Of a DNA stretch of 39,567 nt, positions 1-10,918 are shown in pieces (the stretch's first letter is position 1; each line of letters opens with the position of its first letter). The notes under the pieces were generated by a model. It did no database searches. It was not told where the DNA came from and saw nothing but the letters and a program-made list of their open reading frames with translations. The stretch lies in NCBI GenBank assembly GCA_031459875.1, contig JAVKHQ010000025.1, positions 1 through 39,567 of the forward strand. The letters run 5' to 3'. This DNA comes from Candidatus Fervidifonticultor sextus. GTDB taxonomy: Bacteria; Sysuimicrobiota; Sysuimicrobiia; Sysuimicrobiales; Humicultoraceae. The position numbers and the translations under genes are program-made.

Positions 1-690
<690 letters not shown>

Positions 691-740
691 AATCCTCGAA
701 CTCAAAGGATTCGGCAGACCTTGCGTGCGGCTCCTTGCCA

Positions 741-760
741 CTATGCGGTTGTCAAGGTGC
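741..760 (-). promoter_or_regulatory. rRNA leader boxA/processing-stem-like motif
   Basis: GCACCTTGACAACCGCATAG on the minus strand, between the promoter and 16S; resembles conserved rrn leader motifs. Confidence 0.55.
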
Positions 761-795
761 GGGGCGAGATGCGATTGTCTCGCAGAGCATTTTCT

Positions 796-824
796 CTTAT
801 AGCAATCGCCCCTGCGGCTGTCAA
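796..824 (-). promoter_or_regulatory. rRNA operon sigma70-type promoter (P2)
   Basis: TTGACA (824-819), 17-bp spacer, TATAAG (801-796), pointing into the 16S gene. Confidence 0.85.
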
Positions 825-862
825 GGCCCACTGCGACCGGGACAGCACGCCCCGGCACTTGT

Positions 863-888
863 ATTATACCACGGGCCGGCCTCTGCAA
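863..888 (-). promoter_or_regulatory. rRNA operon upstream promoter (P1), extended -10 type
   Basis: TGGTATAAT (TGn plus perfect -10, 871-863). The nearest TTGCAG is only 14 bp away, so the -35 is uncertain. Confidence 0.65.
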
Positions 889-944
889 GCCTGACGAGGT
901 GGTCAGACCAGGGGGCTGCGACGCCGTGGCGGAATAGTCCCGCC

Positions 945-1709
945 ATGCAAAGTCTTTTGCTCGCCGCCGTGGTGGCGGCCGCGGGCTGGCGGTGGCGGTG
1001 GTTGACGGCCGACGGCGCCCTCGCCGCGGCTCTGGCGGGCGCGGCCGTCCTCGAATTCGGCGGTGTGCGCTGGGCGGCGGCGCTGGTGGTGTTCTTTGCG
1101 TCGGGAAGCCTGCTCACACTGGCAGGACGGGCACGCAAGACGCAGCCCGAGCACCGCGGTCGCGGCCGGACGGCCGCTCAGGTGCTGGGGACTGGAGGGG
1201 TCGCGGCCCTGGTCAGCGTGCTCTGGGGGACCGTGACGTGGGATGCCCTGCGGCCGCTGTTGCCCCCGGCGTTCTTCGGCGCCCTGGCGGCGGCCGCCGC
1301 GGACACGTGGGCGACGGAACTCGGGCTGCTCAGCCCGACGCCACCTCGTCTGCTCACGAGCGGACGCCCCGTCCCCCCGGGGACTTCCGGCGGCGTGACG
1401 CTGCCGGGCACGGCTGCGGGCGCAGCCGCGTCGGCGCTGATGGCCGCGGTCGGCGTGTGGGCAACCGGTGGGGGGTGGAGGCTGTTCTGGTTCATCTGCG
1501 CGGCGGGGGTGGCGGCCATGTTCATCGACAGCCTCCTCGGCGCAACGGTGCAGGCAGTTTTCCGGCGGGACGGAATACTGACCGAGGAACCCGGCCCGGA
1601 CACCGTGCGGATCCGCGGGGTGGGCTGGATCACCAACTCCGTGGTCAACCTCTTCGCGACGGCAGCCGGGGCGCTGGCCACCGCAGCGCTGGCATTGCTG
1701 TGGTCGTAG
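945..1709 (+). CDS. DUF92/TMEM19 family membrane protein
   Basis: Multi-TM protein with family motifs GRTAAQV, ADTWATELG, PGTSGGVTLPGT, DSLLGATVQA and NSVVNL. Start set at ATG 945. Confidence 0.88.
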   Translation: MQSLLLAAVVAAAGWRWRWLTADGALAAALAGAAVLEFGGVRWAAALVVFFASGSLLTLAGRARKTQPEHRGRGRTAAQVLGTGGVAALVSVLWGTVTWDALRPLLPPAFFGALAAAAADTWATELGLLSPTPPRLLTSGRPVPPGTSGGVTLPGTAAGAAASALMAAVGVWATGGGWRLFWFICAAGVAAMFIDSLLGATVQAVFRRDGILTEEPGPDTVRIRGVGWITNSVVNLFATAAGALATAALALLWS

Positions 1710-1739
1710 GCTCGGTCGGCCCCGGGCGCATCGGGCCGC

Positions 1740-2147
1740 CTAGGGACTGATCCGGATGTTCGGGGCCGTCTCGGGCCCCAGGACGACATCTGGCGGCAGC
1801 AGGCCGTTCGCGTCCAGCACAAACGCCAGGATGTCCCAGTAGTCCTCGGCCTTCAGACTCCCGGGCGCGTCAAAGGGCATGTTGGCGCTGACAAAGTCAA
1901 AGAGGGTCTGCGCCGTGCGGTAGCTCCGGACCACGCTGGCGGGGCCGATCAGGGTCGGGCCCTCGCCCCCCTGGCCCTCAGGACCGTGGCACTTGGCGCA
2001 GCTGGACCGGAAGACCGTCCGGCCGCGGTCCACCTGTTCGGTGGCGGCCACCTGCGGCGGTAGCGCAGGGCTGGCGCGCGCCAGCACGCCCGACGACGCG
2101 GCCAGGAGGCAGAACACCACCGGCAGGGAGACGGCAGGTCGGTTCAC
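1740..2147 (-). CDS. Secreted monoheme cytochrome c
   Basis: Signal-peptide-like N-terminus, CAKCH heme motif, GPTL and a distal Met (NMPFDAPGSL). GTG start 2147 inferred. Confidence 0.88.
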   Translation of the reverse strand: MNRPAVSLPVVFCLLAASSGVLARASPALPPQVAATEQVDRGRTVFRSSCAKCHGPEGQGGEGPTLIGPASVVRSYRTAQTLFDFVSANMPFDAPGSLKAEDYWDILAFVLDANGLLPPDVVLGPETAPNIRISP

Positions 2148-2158
2148 AGGATCCCCCG

Positions 2159-3712
2159 TCAGTGCCGGAAGTGGCGCTCGCCGGTGAAGACCATGGCCAG
2201 GCCCAGGCGGTTGGCCGATGCGATCACCTCGGCGTCGCGCACCGAGCCGCCGGGCTGGATGATGGCGGTCACGCCGGCGGCGGATGCGGCTTCGATGCCG
2301 TCGGGAAACGGGAAGAAGGCGTCGGACGCCGCGACCGCGCCGCGGGCGCGGTCGCCAGCCTTGGCCGCCGCCAGCCGGACGCTGTCCACCCGACTCATCT
2401 GGCCGGCGCCCACGCCGACGACCTGACGGTCCCTGGCCAGCACGATGGCGTTGGACTTGACGTGCGCGCAGACCGCCCAGGCGAACCGCAGGTCCTCCCA
2501 CTCCGCCGCATCGGGGGCGCGGTCTGTAGCCACCACCCACCGGGACTCGTCCCGGCCGAGGACGTCGGCCTCCTGCGCCAGCAGGCCCCCGCGCAGGCTC
2601 CGCACCTCCAGGCCCCAGGGCCACGCGGCGACCGGACCGGCTCCTGCGTGTCCGGCCGCCAGGAGCCGGAGGGACTTCTTCGCCCGCAGCACCGCCAGCG
2701 CGTCCGGCTCGAACGACGGCGCGACGATCGCCTCGAGGAACAGATCGGCCATCTCCTGGGCCGCCGCCCGATCAACCGGCGCGTTGACGGCGGCGATCCC
2801 CCCGAAGGCTGAGACCGGGTCGCCCTCCCGGGCGCGCACGAACGCGTCCCGCACCGTCCCGGCCGTGGCGGCACCGCAGGGGTTGGCGTGCTTGATGATG
2901 GCTGCGGAGGGCGGCGGCAGGTCTCGGACCAGGGCCCACGCCGCCTCCAGGTCGGCGATGTTGTTGTATGAAAGCGCCCGGCCGCCCTGGACCTGCGCCG
3001 AGATCACCTCGCCGCAGACCGGGACCGTAGCCGCGTACAGGGCCGCACGCTGGTGGGGGTTCTCCCCGTAGCGCAACTCGGCCTGCCGGCGAAACGTCAG
3101 CGTCAGGCGCTCGGGGAACGGGTCCTGGCCGGCGGCCCGCTGGAAGTACGCCGCGATCGCGGCGTCGTAGGCGGCGACCCGCGCGAACGCCTCGGCAGCC
3201 AGCCGCAGGCGCGTTACCTCTGAAACGCCCCTGCCGGCCCGGATCGTTTCGATGACCTCGCCGTACTGCCGGGGATCGCTGAGCACGACCACCCGCGACC
3301 AGTTCTTGGCCCCGGCGCGCAGCAGCGTGACCCCTCCGATGTCGATCTCCTCGACGGCCCGGCCCATCTCAAGGCCGTGCGCGGCGGCCTCCTCAAACGG
3401 GTAGAGGGTCACGGCCACGAGACCGATCAGGCCGATGGCGTGGCGCGCCACCTCGGCGAGATCGCCTGGGTCGTCGCGGGCCAGCAGCCCGGCGGCCACC
3501 GCCGGGTGGAGCGTCTTCACCCGGCCGCCCAGCAGTTCGGGGAAGCCCGTGATCCGCTCGAGGGGCTGCACCCGCACGCCAGCGGCCCGCAGGTGGGCGG
3601 CGGTGCCGCCCGTCGAGACCACCTCGATGCCGGCCTCCTGCAGGGCCTGGGCCAGCGCGACGATCCCGGTCTTGTCGCTGGCGCTGAGCAGCGCCCGTCC
3701 GATCTGCGTCAC
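2159..3712 (-). CDS. purH: Bifunctional AICAR formyltransferase/IMP cyclohydrolase
   Basis: RALLSASDK, GRVKTLHP, IDIGG, LRYGENPHQ, KHANPCG, SDAFFPF, IIQPGGS, C-terminal RHFRH. Confidence 0.97.
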   Translation of the reverse strand: MTQIGRALLSASDKTGIVALAQALQEAGIEVVSTGGTAAHLRAAGVRVQPLERITGFPELLGGRVKTLHPAVAAGLLARDDPGDLAEVARHAIGLIGLVAVTLYPFEEAAAHGLEMGRAVEEIDIGGVTLLRAGAKNWSRVVVLSDPRQYGEVIETIRAGRGVSEVTRLRLAAEAFARVAAYDAAIAAYFQRAAGQDPFPERLTLTFRRQAELRYGENPHQRAALYAATVPVCGEVISAQVQGGRALSYNNIADLEAAWALVRDLPPPSAAIIKHANPCGAATAGTVRDAFVRAREGDPVSAFGGIAAVNAPVDRAAAQEMADLFLEAIVAPSFEPDALAVLRAKKSLRLLAAGHAGAGPVAAWPWGLEVRSLRGGLLAQEADVLGRDESRWVVATDRAPDAAEWEDLRFAWAVCAHVKSNAIVLARDRQVVGVGAGQMSRVDSVRLAAAKAGDRARGAVAASDAFFPFPDGIEAASAAGVTAIIQPGGSVRDAEVIASANRLGLAMVFTGERHFRH

Positions 3713-4347
3713 ACGCCTCCTCCTGGCGGCCTCCACCGGACCTGCCCGCCGTCCAGTGCCAGGCGGCCGGCCGCCCACCATCGGATGGCGTCGACGTAGA
3801 GGCGGCGCTCCTCGGCCTGCAGCCGCGCGGCCAGCGTGTCGGGAGTGTCGCCCGACAGGACCGGCACGGCCATCTGGGCGACGATCGGGCCTCCGTCCGG
3901 CGTCTCGTCCACTATGTGTATCGTACACCCGGTGAGGGCGGTCCCGGATGCCAGGACGGCGCGGTGGACCCGCTCGCCGTACATCCCCCTGCCCCCAAAC
4001 GCGGGTAGCAGGGCCGGATGGGTATTGAGGATCCGGCCCCGGTAACGGTGGACGAAGGCCGGCGACAGGATCCGCAGGAATCCCGCCAGGCAGACCAGAT
4101 CGGGCCGCTGCGCGTCGATCGCCGCAGCCAGGTCCGCTTCAAACGCCTCGACGCTCCGCCGCCGATGGTCCACCAGCAGGGAGGGAATGCCGGCGCGACG
4201 GCCCCGCTCCAGCGCCGCGGCCCCGGGGGTGTTGGAGATCACCGCGACGACGGCGATCCCCTCCGGAGAGCCTTTCGGCGGGAAGGCCTCCAGCAGGGCC
4301 TGCAGCGTGCTGCCCCGGCCCGAGGCCAGGACCACCAGGCGGGTCAT
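3709..4347 (-). CDS. purN: Phosphoribosylglycinamide formyltransferase
   Basis: LASGRGS, LAGFLRIL, LNTHPALLPAFGG, GCTIH, DGGPI. Confidence 0.96.
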   Translation of the reverse strand: MTRLVVLASGRGSTLQALLEAFPPKGSPEGIAVVAVISNTPGAAALERGRRAGIPSLLVDHRRRSVEAFEADLAAAIDAQRPDLVCLAGFLRILSPAFVHRYRGRILNTHPALLPAFGGRGMYGERVHRAVLASGTALTGCTIHIVDETPDGGPIVAQMAVPVLSGDTPDTLAARLQAEERRLYVDAIRWWAAGRLALDGGQVRWRPPGGGV

Positions 4348-5390
4348 GCCAACTCGACGCCCCGCGGCCCTTCCCCGACGGCGCCGATCTCGAACGCCGG
4401 GATGTCCTGGCGCTGGAAGTGGCGGATCACGGGCTGCGCTGCATGGGGCGAGACGATTACCACCATGCCGATCCCCAGGTTGAACGTCCTGACCATCTCC
4501 TCGTCGGGGATGCCGCCGACCCGCTGCAGCCATCTGAAGACCGCCGGCTGCGGCCATCCCGGCACCAGTCGCACGCGGCACCGCGCGGGCAGGATGCGGC
4601 TCAGGTTGTCCGGGAGCCCGCCGCCGGTAATGTGGGCGATGCCGTGGACGACGCCCTGTGAGAGCAGCGGGAGCACCGCGGGCACGTAGCACCGGTGGGG
4701 CGCCAGCAGCGCGTCGCCGACCGTGGCCCCCAGGTCCTGAACGGAGTCGTCCGGCGAGAGGCCGGCCTGTTCGAGGACCCGGCGGGCCAGCGAGTAGCCG
4801 TTGGTGTGCAGGCCCGTGGATGCCAGGCCCACCAGCCGGTCGCCGGGACGGATCGCCGATCCGGTGACCAGCCCGTCGGCGGGCGCGAGCCCGATCATCG
4901 TGCCGACGACGTCGCAGGCGTCATCCCGGTAGACCCCCGGCATCTCGGCGGTCTCACCCCCCAGCAGGACCACCCCCAGCGCGCGACAGGCACCGGCCAT
5001 GGCGTCCAGGAGCGCCCGGACGACCGCCGGGTCGAGCCGGGCCATGGCGATGTAGTCGAGGAACGCCACCGGGCGGGCCCCCACCGCGACCAGGTCGTTG
5101 GCGCAGTGCGCCACGATGTCCGCGCCGACCACGCGGTCCCGACGCATCCGGCGGGCCAGGAGCGCCTTGGTGCCGACGCCGTCGGTCGTAGCCACCAGGT
5201 AGCCGGCATCGGTAGGGGACACCCGCAGCGCCCCGGCAAACGCGCCGAGGCCGGCGACGACCGCGTCAGTCTGTGTGGCCGCGATCACCGGGGCGAGATC
5301 GGCCAGCAACCGGGCCTTGGCCTCGATGTCCACGCCGGCCTCCCGGTAGGTGAGCCCGGGAGCCGGGCGGTCTGCGGCGTCGCGGGTCAC
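4344..5390 (-). CDS. purM: AIR synthetase
   Basis: TYREAGVD, TDGVGTK, GGETAEMPG, GLHTNGYSL, HITGGG, TFNLGIG. Confidence 0.97.
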   Translation of the reverse strand: MTRDAADRPAPGLTYREAGVDIEAKARLLADLAPVIAATQTDAVVAGLGAFAGALRVSPTDAGYLVATTDGVGTKALLARRMRRDRVVGADIVAHCANDLVAVGARPVAFLDYIAMARLDPAVVRALLDAMAGACRALGVVLLGGETAEMPGVYRDDACDVVGTMIGLAPADGLVTGSAIRPGDRLVGLASTGLHTNGYSLARRVLEQAGLSPDDSVQDLGATVGDALLAPHRCYVPAVLPLLSQGVVHGIAHITGGGLPDNLSRILPARCRVRLVPGWPQPAVFRWLQRVGGIPDEEMVRTFNLGIGMVVIVSPHAAQPVIRHFQRQDIPAFEIGAVGEGPRGVELA

Positions 5391-6832
5391 GGCCGGACGC
5401 TCCCCACGGACGCCGGGACGAAGGCCTCGAGGGCCGCGCGGCCGGCCTCCTGCTCGGTCGGCACCCTCGTCGGATAGCGGCCGTCCAGGCAGGCCATGCA
5501 GAGCATTTCGCCCGGCAGGCCCACGGCCTCCACGAGCCCCTCCTGGCTCAGATAGCCCAGCGAATCGGCGTCGATCATCCGCCGGATCGCCTCCACGTCG
5601 ATGCGAGCAGCGATGAGTTCGCCCCGGGTACTGGTGTCGATGCCGTAGTAGCACGCGTGCCTGATGGGCGGCGAGGAGATCCGCACGTGGACCTCGCGGG
5701 CACCGGCCGCCCGCAGCAGCCTGACGATCCGGCCGGAGGTGGTGCCCCGCACGATGGAGTCGTCCACCAGGACCACCCGCCGGCCGACGACGACCTCCAC
5801 GTTGGGGTTGAGTTTCAGTCGCACGCCGAAGTCGCGGGTGGCCTGGTCCGGTTGAATGAAGGTGCGGCCGATGTACCGGTTCTTGATGAGGCCGACCTCG
5901 AACGGCAGTCGGGCGACCTCGGCGAAGCCCATGGCCGCCGAGGTCCCGGAGTCGGGCACCGCGATCACGACGTCGGCGTCGGCCGGATGCTCGCGGGCCA
6001 AGATGCGGCCCATGCGGCGCCGGACCTGGTGCACGTTCCGCCCGCGCAGCACGGTGTCCGGACGGGCGAAGTAGATGTACTCGAAGACGCAGTGCGCCGG
6101 ATGCGTCACTGGGAGCACCTGCCGCGTGCGCAGGCCCGCACCGTCCAGGATCACGAGTTGCCCGGGAGCCACCTCACAGACCGGCGCGGCGCCCAGGTGG
6201 TCGAGCGCGCAGGACTCCGACGCCAGGGTCCAGAACCCGGGCCCCCGTCCCACCACCAGGGGGCGGATCGCGCGGTCGTCGGAAAAGCCGTAGAGGCGAC
6301 CCTCGACGATCGCGGCCACGGTATAGGCCCCCTCGATGCGGGTCATGCAGTAGGCGACGGCGTCCTCGGCGCTCTTTGCCGGCGCGCGGGCGATCAGGTG
6401 CGCGATCATCTCGCTGTCGGTGGTCGACTGGAAGCAGACGCCTCCGGCTTCGAGTTCGCGGCGCAGGGCCGGCGCGTTAATGAGGTTGCCGTTGTGGGAG
6501 GTGGCCACCGGGCCCCACGGGGATGCGACGACGAAGGGCTGGGCGTTCTCGATCCGCGCGGAGCCCATGGTGGCATAGCGCACATGGCCGATGGCCACCT
6601 CACCGGGCAGCGCGGCGATCCGGTCGTGGTCGAACACGGTGGCGACGAGCCCCATCCCGCGGTGGTGGCGCAGGACCTCGCCGTCCCAGGCGGCGATGCC
6701 GGCCGACTCCTGGCCCCGGTGCTGGAGCGCATAGAGCGCCACGTGGACCAGGGCCGCGGCAGACTGGCCGTCGGTGCAGCACACCCCGCTGACGCCGCAT
6801 TCTTCTTTCCAGATGCCTGCAGGCGCAGTCAT
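5387..6832 (-). CDS. purF: Amidophosphoribosyltransferase
   Basis: Propeptide plus EECGV, LQHRGQESAG, CVFEYIYFARPD, VDDSIVRGTT, C-terminal CxxC Fe-S ligands. Confidence 0.97.
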   Translation of the reverse strand: MTAPAGIWKEECGVSGVCCTDGQSAAALVHVALYALQHRGQESAGIAAWDGEVLRHHRGMGLVATVFDHDRIAALPGEVAIGHVRYATMGSARIENAQPFVVASPWGPVATSHNGNLINAPALRRELEAGGVCFQSTTDSEMIAHLIARAPAKSAEDAVAYCMTRIEGAYTVAAIVEGRLYGFSDDRAIRPLVVGRGPGFWTLASESCALDHLGAAPVCEVAPGQLVILDGAGLRTRQVLPVTHPAHCVFEYIYFARPDTVLRGRNVHQVRRRMGRILAREHPADADVVIAVPDSGTSAAMGFAEVARLPFEVGLIKNRYIGRTFIQPDQATRDFGVRLKLNPNVEVVVGRRVVLVDDSIVRGTTSGRIVRLLRAAGAREVHVRISSPPIRHACYYGIDTSTRGELIAARIDVEAIRRMIDADSLGYLSQEGLVEAVGLPGEMLCMACLDGRYPTRVPTEQEAGRAALEAFVPASVGSVRP

Positions 6833-6835
6833 CCG

Positions 6836-9043
6836 CTAGACCTCCAGGCTCGTCCAGGCCGCGGCCAGGGTCTCGACCGCGATCTCAACAGACGTCCCCG
6901 CATCCCCGCTCGGGCTGACGCGCAGGACCTCCCCACCGACCCGGCCGATGACGGCGCACGGGACGCCGTGCCGGCGGGCCAGCGTCTCCAGCGCCTTCAG
7001 CCGGTCCGGGCTCACCGAGGCGACGAACCGCGCGGGCCCCTCGCCGAACCAGTCGTCAGGATCTGTCGGGAGCGCGACCGAGGCGCCACGGCCGCCGAGC
7101 ACGCAGGCCTCGGCGAGCGCGACCAGCAGGCCGCCGTCGCTGCAGTCGTGCATCGAGGCGACCAGGCCCGCGCGGACCGCGTCGGCCGCGCACCGAATCG
7201 CCGCCACCGACTCCCGGAACGCGGGGTCGGCGGGTCGGCCCTGGGAGCGGCCGCCAAAGTGGCGCACGTACAGACTGGCTCCCAGACCCGCCCGGCTGCC
7301 TCCCAGCAGCACGACGAGATCGCCGTCACCCCGAAACCCCGGAGGGGGGAGGCGACCCACATCGTCCACCAGTCCCACCATCCCGATCACGGGCGTGGGG
7401 GGAAGCCCCTCGCCGGCGTCCGGGCCTTCGGCCTCGTTGTAGAACGACACGTTGCCGCCGATGACCGGAACGTCCAGAGCCCGGCACGCCTCGGCGATCC
7501 CGTCGATCGCTTCGCAGAACGCCCAGAAGACCTGCGGGCGCTGTGGGTTGCCGAAGTTCAGGCAGTCGGTGACCGCCAGCGGCTGTGCCCCCACGCAGGC
7601 CAGGTTGCTGGCGGCCTCCAGCACCGACAGCGCCGCGCCGCGTCGGGGATCGGCGGCACACCAGCGCCCGTTCCCGTCCGCCGTCAGCGCCAGCCCCAGG
7701 GGCGGCGCCTCCAGGAGGCGCAGCACCGCCGCATCCGCGCCGGGCGGCGTCACCGTGCGGATGCCGACCATGTGGTCGTACTGTTCGAAGACCGCGCGCT
7801 TGGAGGCGACATCGGGATGGCCGAGGAGGGCCAGCAGGGCCCCGGCCGGATCGGTCGCGGGCACCGACGCCGCCTGCAGGCGCCAGCGCGCTTCAAGATC
7901 GTGTGGGGCCTGCGCCGCGGGATCGTAGGCGGGTGCGTCGGCCAGGACCTCGGGCGGGAGATCTGCCACGGTCCTCCCGCCGGCGCGCACGTGCAGCCGC
8001 GATGAGGCCGTCACGGTGCCGATCACCTCGGCGGCCAGGCCCCACTTGCGGTAGATCGCGGTCACGCGGTCCACGGCAGCCTGCGGGACGACCAGCAGCA
8101 TCCGTTCCTGGGACTCGGACAGCAGGATCTCCTCGGGCCGCATGCAGGCTTCGCGCAGCGGCACCCGGTCCAGGTCGATGGTCATGCCCACGCCGCCGCG
8201 CGCGGCCATCTCGCTGGCCGCGCAGGTCAGGCCGGCCGCGCCCATGTCCTGCACGGCGACGACCGTCCCCTCGGCCAGCGCCTCCAGCGTGGCTTCGATG
8301 AGCAGCTTGCCGGTGAAGGGATCGCCCATCTGCACGGAGGCGCGGTCTTCCGCCTCCCGGCCCCCGTCCAGATCCGCCGACGCGAAGGATGCGCCGCCGA
8401 TCCCGTCGCGGCCGGTGCGCGCGCCGACGTAGAGGACCGCGTTGCCGGGCCCAGACGCCCTGGCATGGGCCACGGCGCCGACGCGGACCAGGCCCAGGCA
8501 CGCCACGTTGACCAGGGGGGTGTCCCGGTACCAGGGATCGGTCAGCAGTTCTCCGCCGACTGTCGGCACGCCGATCGCATTGCCGTAGCCGGCGATGCCG
8601 GCGATCACCCCGCCGCAGAGGCGGCGCGTACGGGCCTCTGCCAGCGGGCCGAACCGCAGCGAGTCCAGCAGGGCGATGGGGCGCGCGCCCATGGCCAGCA
8701 CGTCGCGGACGATCCCCCCCACGCCGGTGGCGGCTCCGTTGTGTGGGTCGACGGCGCTGGGGTGGTTGTGGCTCTCCATCTTGAACGCGATCGCCCAGTC
8801 GGCCGTGATGGCGACGACCCCGGCGTGCTCACCGGGCCCGCCCAGGACCCGCGGCGAGGACGCCGGGAGCCGGCGCAGCGCCTTCTTGGAGTGCCTGTAG
8901 CCGCAGTGCTCCGACCACATCACGCCGACCATGCGGGCCTCGATGGGATTGGGCTCGCGGCCCAGGCGGCGGCAGAGCTCCCGGTAGTCCGGCTCGGACA
9001 GTCCCGAGCCTGCGGTCGGATCGGCTGTGCCCAGCTGGGTCAC
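6836..9043 (-). CDS. purL: FGAM synthase subunit PurL (small type)
   Basis: MWSEHCGY, KMESHNHPS, GAATGVGG, QDMGAAG, SESQERM, DCLNFGNP, GGNVSFYNE. GTG start inferred. Confidence 0.97.
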   Translation of the reverse strand: MTQLGTADPTAGSGLSEPDYRELCRRLGREPNPIEARMVGVMWSEHCGYRHSKKALRRLPASSPRVLGGPGEHAGVVAITADWAIAFKMESHNHPSAVDPHNGAATGVGGIVRDVLAMGARPIALLDSLRFGPLAEARTRRLCGGVIAGIAGYGNAIGVPTVGGELLTDPWYRDTPLVNVACLGLVRVGAVAHARASGPGNAVLYVGARTGRDGIGGASFASADLDGGREAEDRASVQMGDPFTGKLLIEATLEALAEGTVVAVQDMGAAGLTCAASEMAARGGVGMTIDLDRVPLREACMRPEEILLSESQERMLLVVPQAAVDRVTAIYRKWGLAAEVIGTVTASSRLHVRAGGRTVADLPPEVLADAPAYDPAAQAPHDLEARWRLQAASVPATDPAGALLALLGHPDVASKRAVFEQYDHMVGIRTVTPPGADAAVLRLLEAPPLGLALTADGNGRWCAADPRRGAALSVLEAASNLACVGAQPLAVTDCLNFGNPQRPQVFWAFCEAIDGIAEACRALDVPVIGGNVSFYNEAEGPDAGEGLPPTPVIGMVGLVDDVGRLPPPGFRGDGDLVVLLGGSRAGLGASLYVRHFGGRSQGRPADPAFRESVAAIRCAADAVRAGLVASMHDCSDGGLLVALAEACVLGGRGASVALPTDPDDWFGEGPARFVASVSPDRLKALETLARRHGVPCAVIGRVGGEVLRVSPSGDAGTSVEIAVETLAAAWTSLEV

Positions 9044-9774
9044 CGCATGCCCCCCGCCGCCGGCTGGCAGCGCCCCAGCAGCCAGGTCACGGCCGACTCG
9101 AAGAGCGCCCGGCCGTCGGTGGAGCCCAGCAGGAGTTCGCTGGCCCGCTCGGGATGGGGCATGAGGCCCACCACGTTGCCGGCCGGGCTGGCGATCCCGG
9201 CAATGTGGGCGAGAGAGCCGTTGGGATTCGCTGCCGGGGCGTCCCGGCCGCTCCGATCGCAGTAGCGGAACACGACGCGGCGCTGGGCGTCCAGGGCCGC
9301 AATCGCTTCCGGGGCGGCCAGGTACGCTCCGTCGCCGTGGGCGATCGGCATCTGCAGGATCTGTCCCACGCGGAGGCCGGCGGTGAACGGCGTCTCGGTG
9401 GACTCGACGCGCACCCAGGCCGCAGCGCACCGGAAGCGCCCACCGAGGTTGCGCACCAGCGTCCCTGGCAGCAGCCCCGCCTCGGTCAGGACCTGGAAGC
9501 CGTTGCAGATTCCCAGCACCGGCCGGCCGGAGGCGGCGAAGGCCCGCACGGCTCCCATGACCGGCGCGGTGGCCGCCACCGCGCCGCTGCGCAGGTAGTC
9601 GCCGTAGGAAAACCCACCGGGCAGGACCAGGGCGTCGATGCCGTCCAGCGACCGGTCCTGGTGCCAGACCTCCACCACGGTCTGCCCGAGGATTTCGCGC
9701 AGGACGTACTGGCAGTCCCGGTCACAGTTCGATCCCGGGAAGGTCACCACCCCCCACGTCGTCTTGCCGCTCAC
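9040..9774 (-). CDS. purQ: FGAM synthase glutaminase subunit
   Basis: FPGSNCD, PGGFSYGDYLR, GICNGFQ, NPNGS, MPHPER. Confidence 0.97.
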   Translation of the reverse strand: MSGKTTWGVVTFPGSNCDRDCQYVLREILGQTVVEVWHQDRSLDGIDALVLPGGFSYGDYLRSGAVAATAPVMGAVRAFAASGRPVLGICNGFQVLTEAGLLPGTLVRNLGGRFRCAAAWVRVESTETPFTAGLRVGQILQMPIAHGDGAYLAAPEAIAALDAQRRVVFRYCDRSGRDAPAANPNGSLAHIAGIASPAGNVVGLMPHPERASELLLGSTDGRALFESAVTWLLGRCQPAAGGMR

Positions 9775-10010
9775 CGCACGGCCTCCAGGTCCTCGATCTG
9801 CCAGGTCTCGATCAGGGGGTTGGCCAGAAAGCGGCGGCACATCTCGTCGAGCCTTCCCTGCATCGGGTCGGGCACGGTGAGCTCCACCACCTTGCCCATG
9901 CGGACGCCTTCGACCTCGTAGCCCAACGCCCGCAGTCCCTGCTGGACGGCCTGCCCCGGCGCGTCCAGCACCCCCGGCTTGAGCATGATCGTGATGCGGA
10001 CGGTCGGCAT
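9771..10010 (-). CDS. purS: FGAM synthase subunit PurS
   Basis: 79 aa, KPGVLDAPG and LANPLIE motifs, between purC and purQ. Confidence 0.95.
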   Translation of the reverse strand: MPTVRITIMLKPGVLDAPGQAVQQGLRALGYEVEGVRMGKVVELTVPDPMQGRLDEMCRRFLANPLIETWQIEDLEAVR

Positions 10011-10918
10011 CAGGCGAGCTCCCCTCCGGTCAGGCGCCGGTAGGTCTCCAGGTAGCGCTCGCGTGTGGCGGCGACGACGCCGGGCGGCAGGGGCGGCGCC
10101 GGCGGCTCCCGGTCCCACCCGATTTCCAGCAGGTAGTTGCGCACGAACTGCTTGTCGAACGAAACCAGCGTGCCTTCGGCATACGCCCGGGCGTCCCAGT
10201 AGCGGGAGGAGTCGGGCGTCAGGGCCTCATCGATGAGGATCACTTCGTGGCCGTCGGGTCCATCGATCAACCCGAACTCGAACTTGGTATCCGCCAGGAT
10301 CAGGCCGCGGGCGGCCGCATGCCGGCTGGCGTGCCGGTACAGCGCCAGGCTGACGCTGCGGAGCCGGTCGGCCAGGACTCCGCCGACGAGACGCACGACG
10401 TCGTCGAACCCGATGTTCTGGTCGTGGCCCGAGGCCGCCTTGGTCGCCGGCGTGAAGACCGGGTGGGGCAGCACTGACCCTTCGGTCAGCCCCGGCGGCA
10501 GGCGCACCCCGCAGATGGCGCCGTCGCGCCGGTAGTCCTTCCATCCCGATCCCGCCAGGTACCCCCGCACGACGCACTCGACGTCGATCCGCCGCGCGCG
10601 CCGCACCAGCATCGCCCGGCCGTCGAGCACCGCGGCGTGGGCCCGCACGGCATCGGGCATGCGGGCCACGTCCGCTTCGATCACGTGGTTTCCCACGATG
10701 CCCCGCGTCTGGTCGAACCAGAACGCCGAGAGCTGCGAGAGGATCCGGCCCTTGTCCGGCACCGGCGTCGGCAGGACGTGGTCGAAGGCCGAGATGCGGT
10801 CTGTCGCCACGATCAGCAGGGCACCGGCGACCTCGTAGACGTCGCGGACCTTGCCGCGGGCGAACGACGGGAATGGCAGGTCGGTCGTCGCGACCGCGGC
10901 GGCGACCGGCCGGCTCAC
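10010..10918 (-). CDS. purC: SAICAR synthetase
   Basis: GKVRDVY, TDRISAFD, ECVVRGYL, ADTKFEFG, TPDSSR, FDKQFVR. Confidence 0.97.
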   Translation of the reverse strand: MSRPVAAAVATTDLPFPSFARGKVRDVYEVAGALLIVATDRISAFDHVLPTPVPDKGRILSQLSAFWFDQTRGIVGNHVIEADVARMPDAVRAHAAVLDGRAMLVRRARRIDVECVVRGYLAGSGWKDYRRDGAICGVRLPPGLTEGSVLPHPVFTPATKAASGHDQNIGFDDVVRLVGGVLADRLRSVSLALYRHASRHAAARGLILADTKFEFGLIDGPDGHEVILIDEALTPDSSRYWDARAYAEGTLVSFDKQFVRNYLLEIGWDREPPAPPLPPGVVAATRERYLETYRRLTGGELA

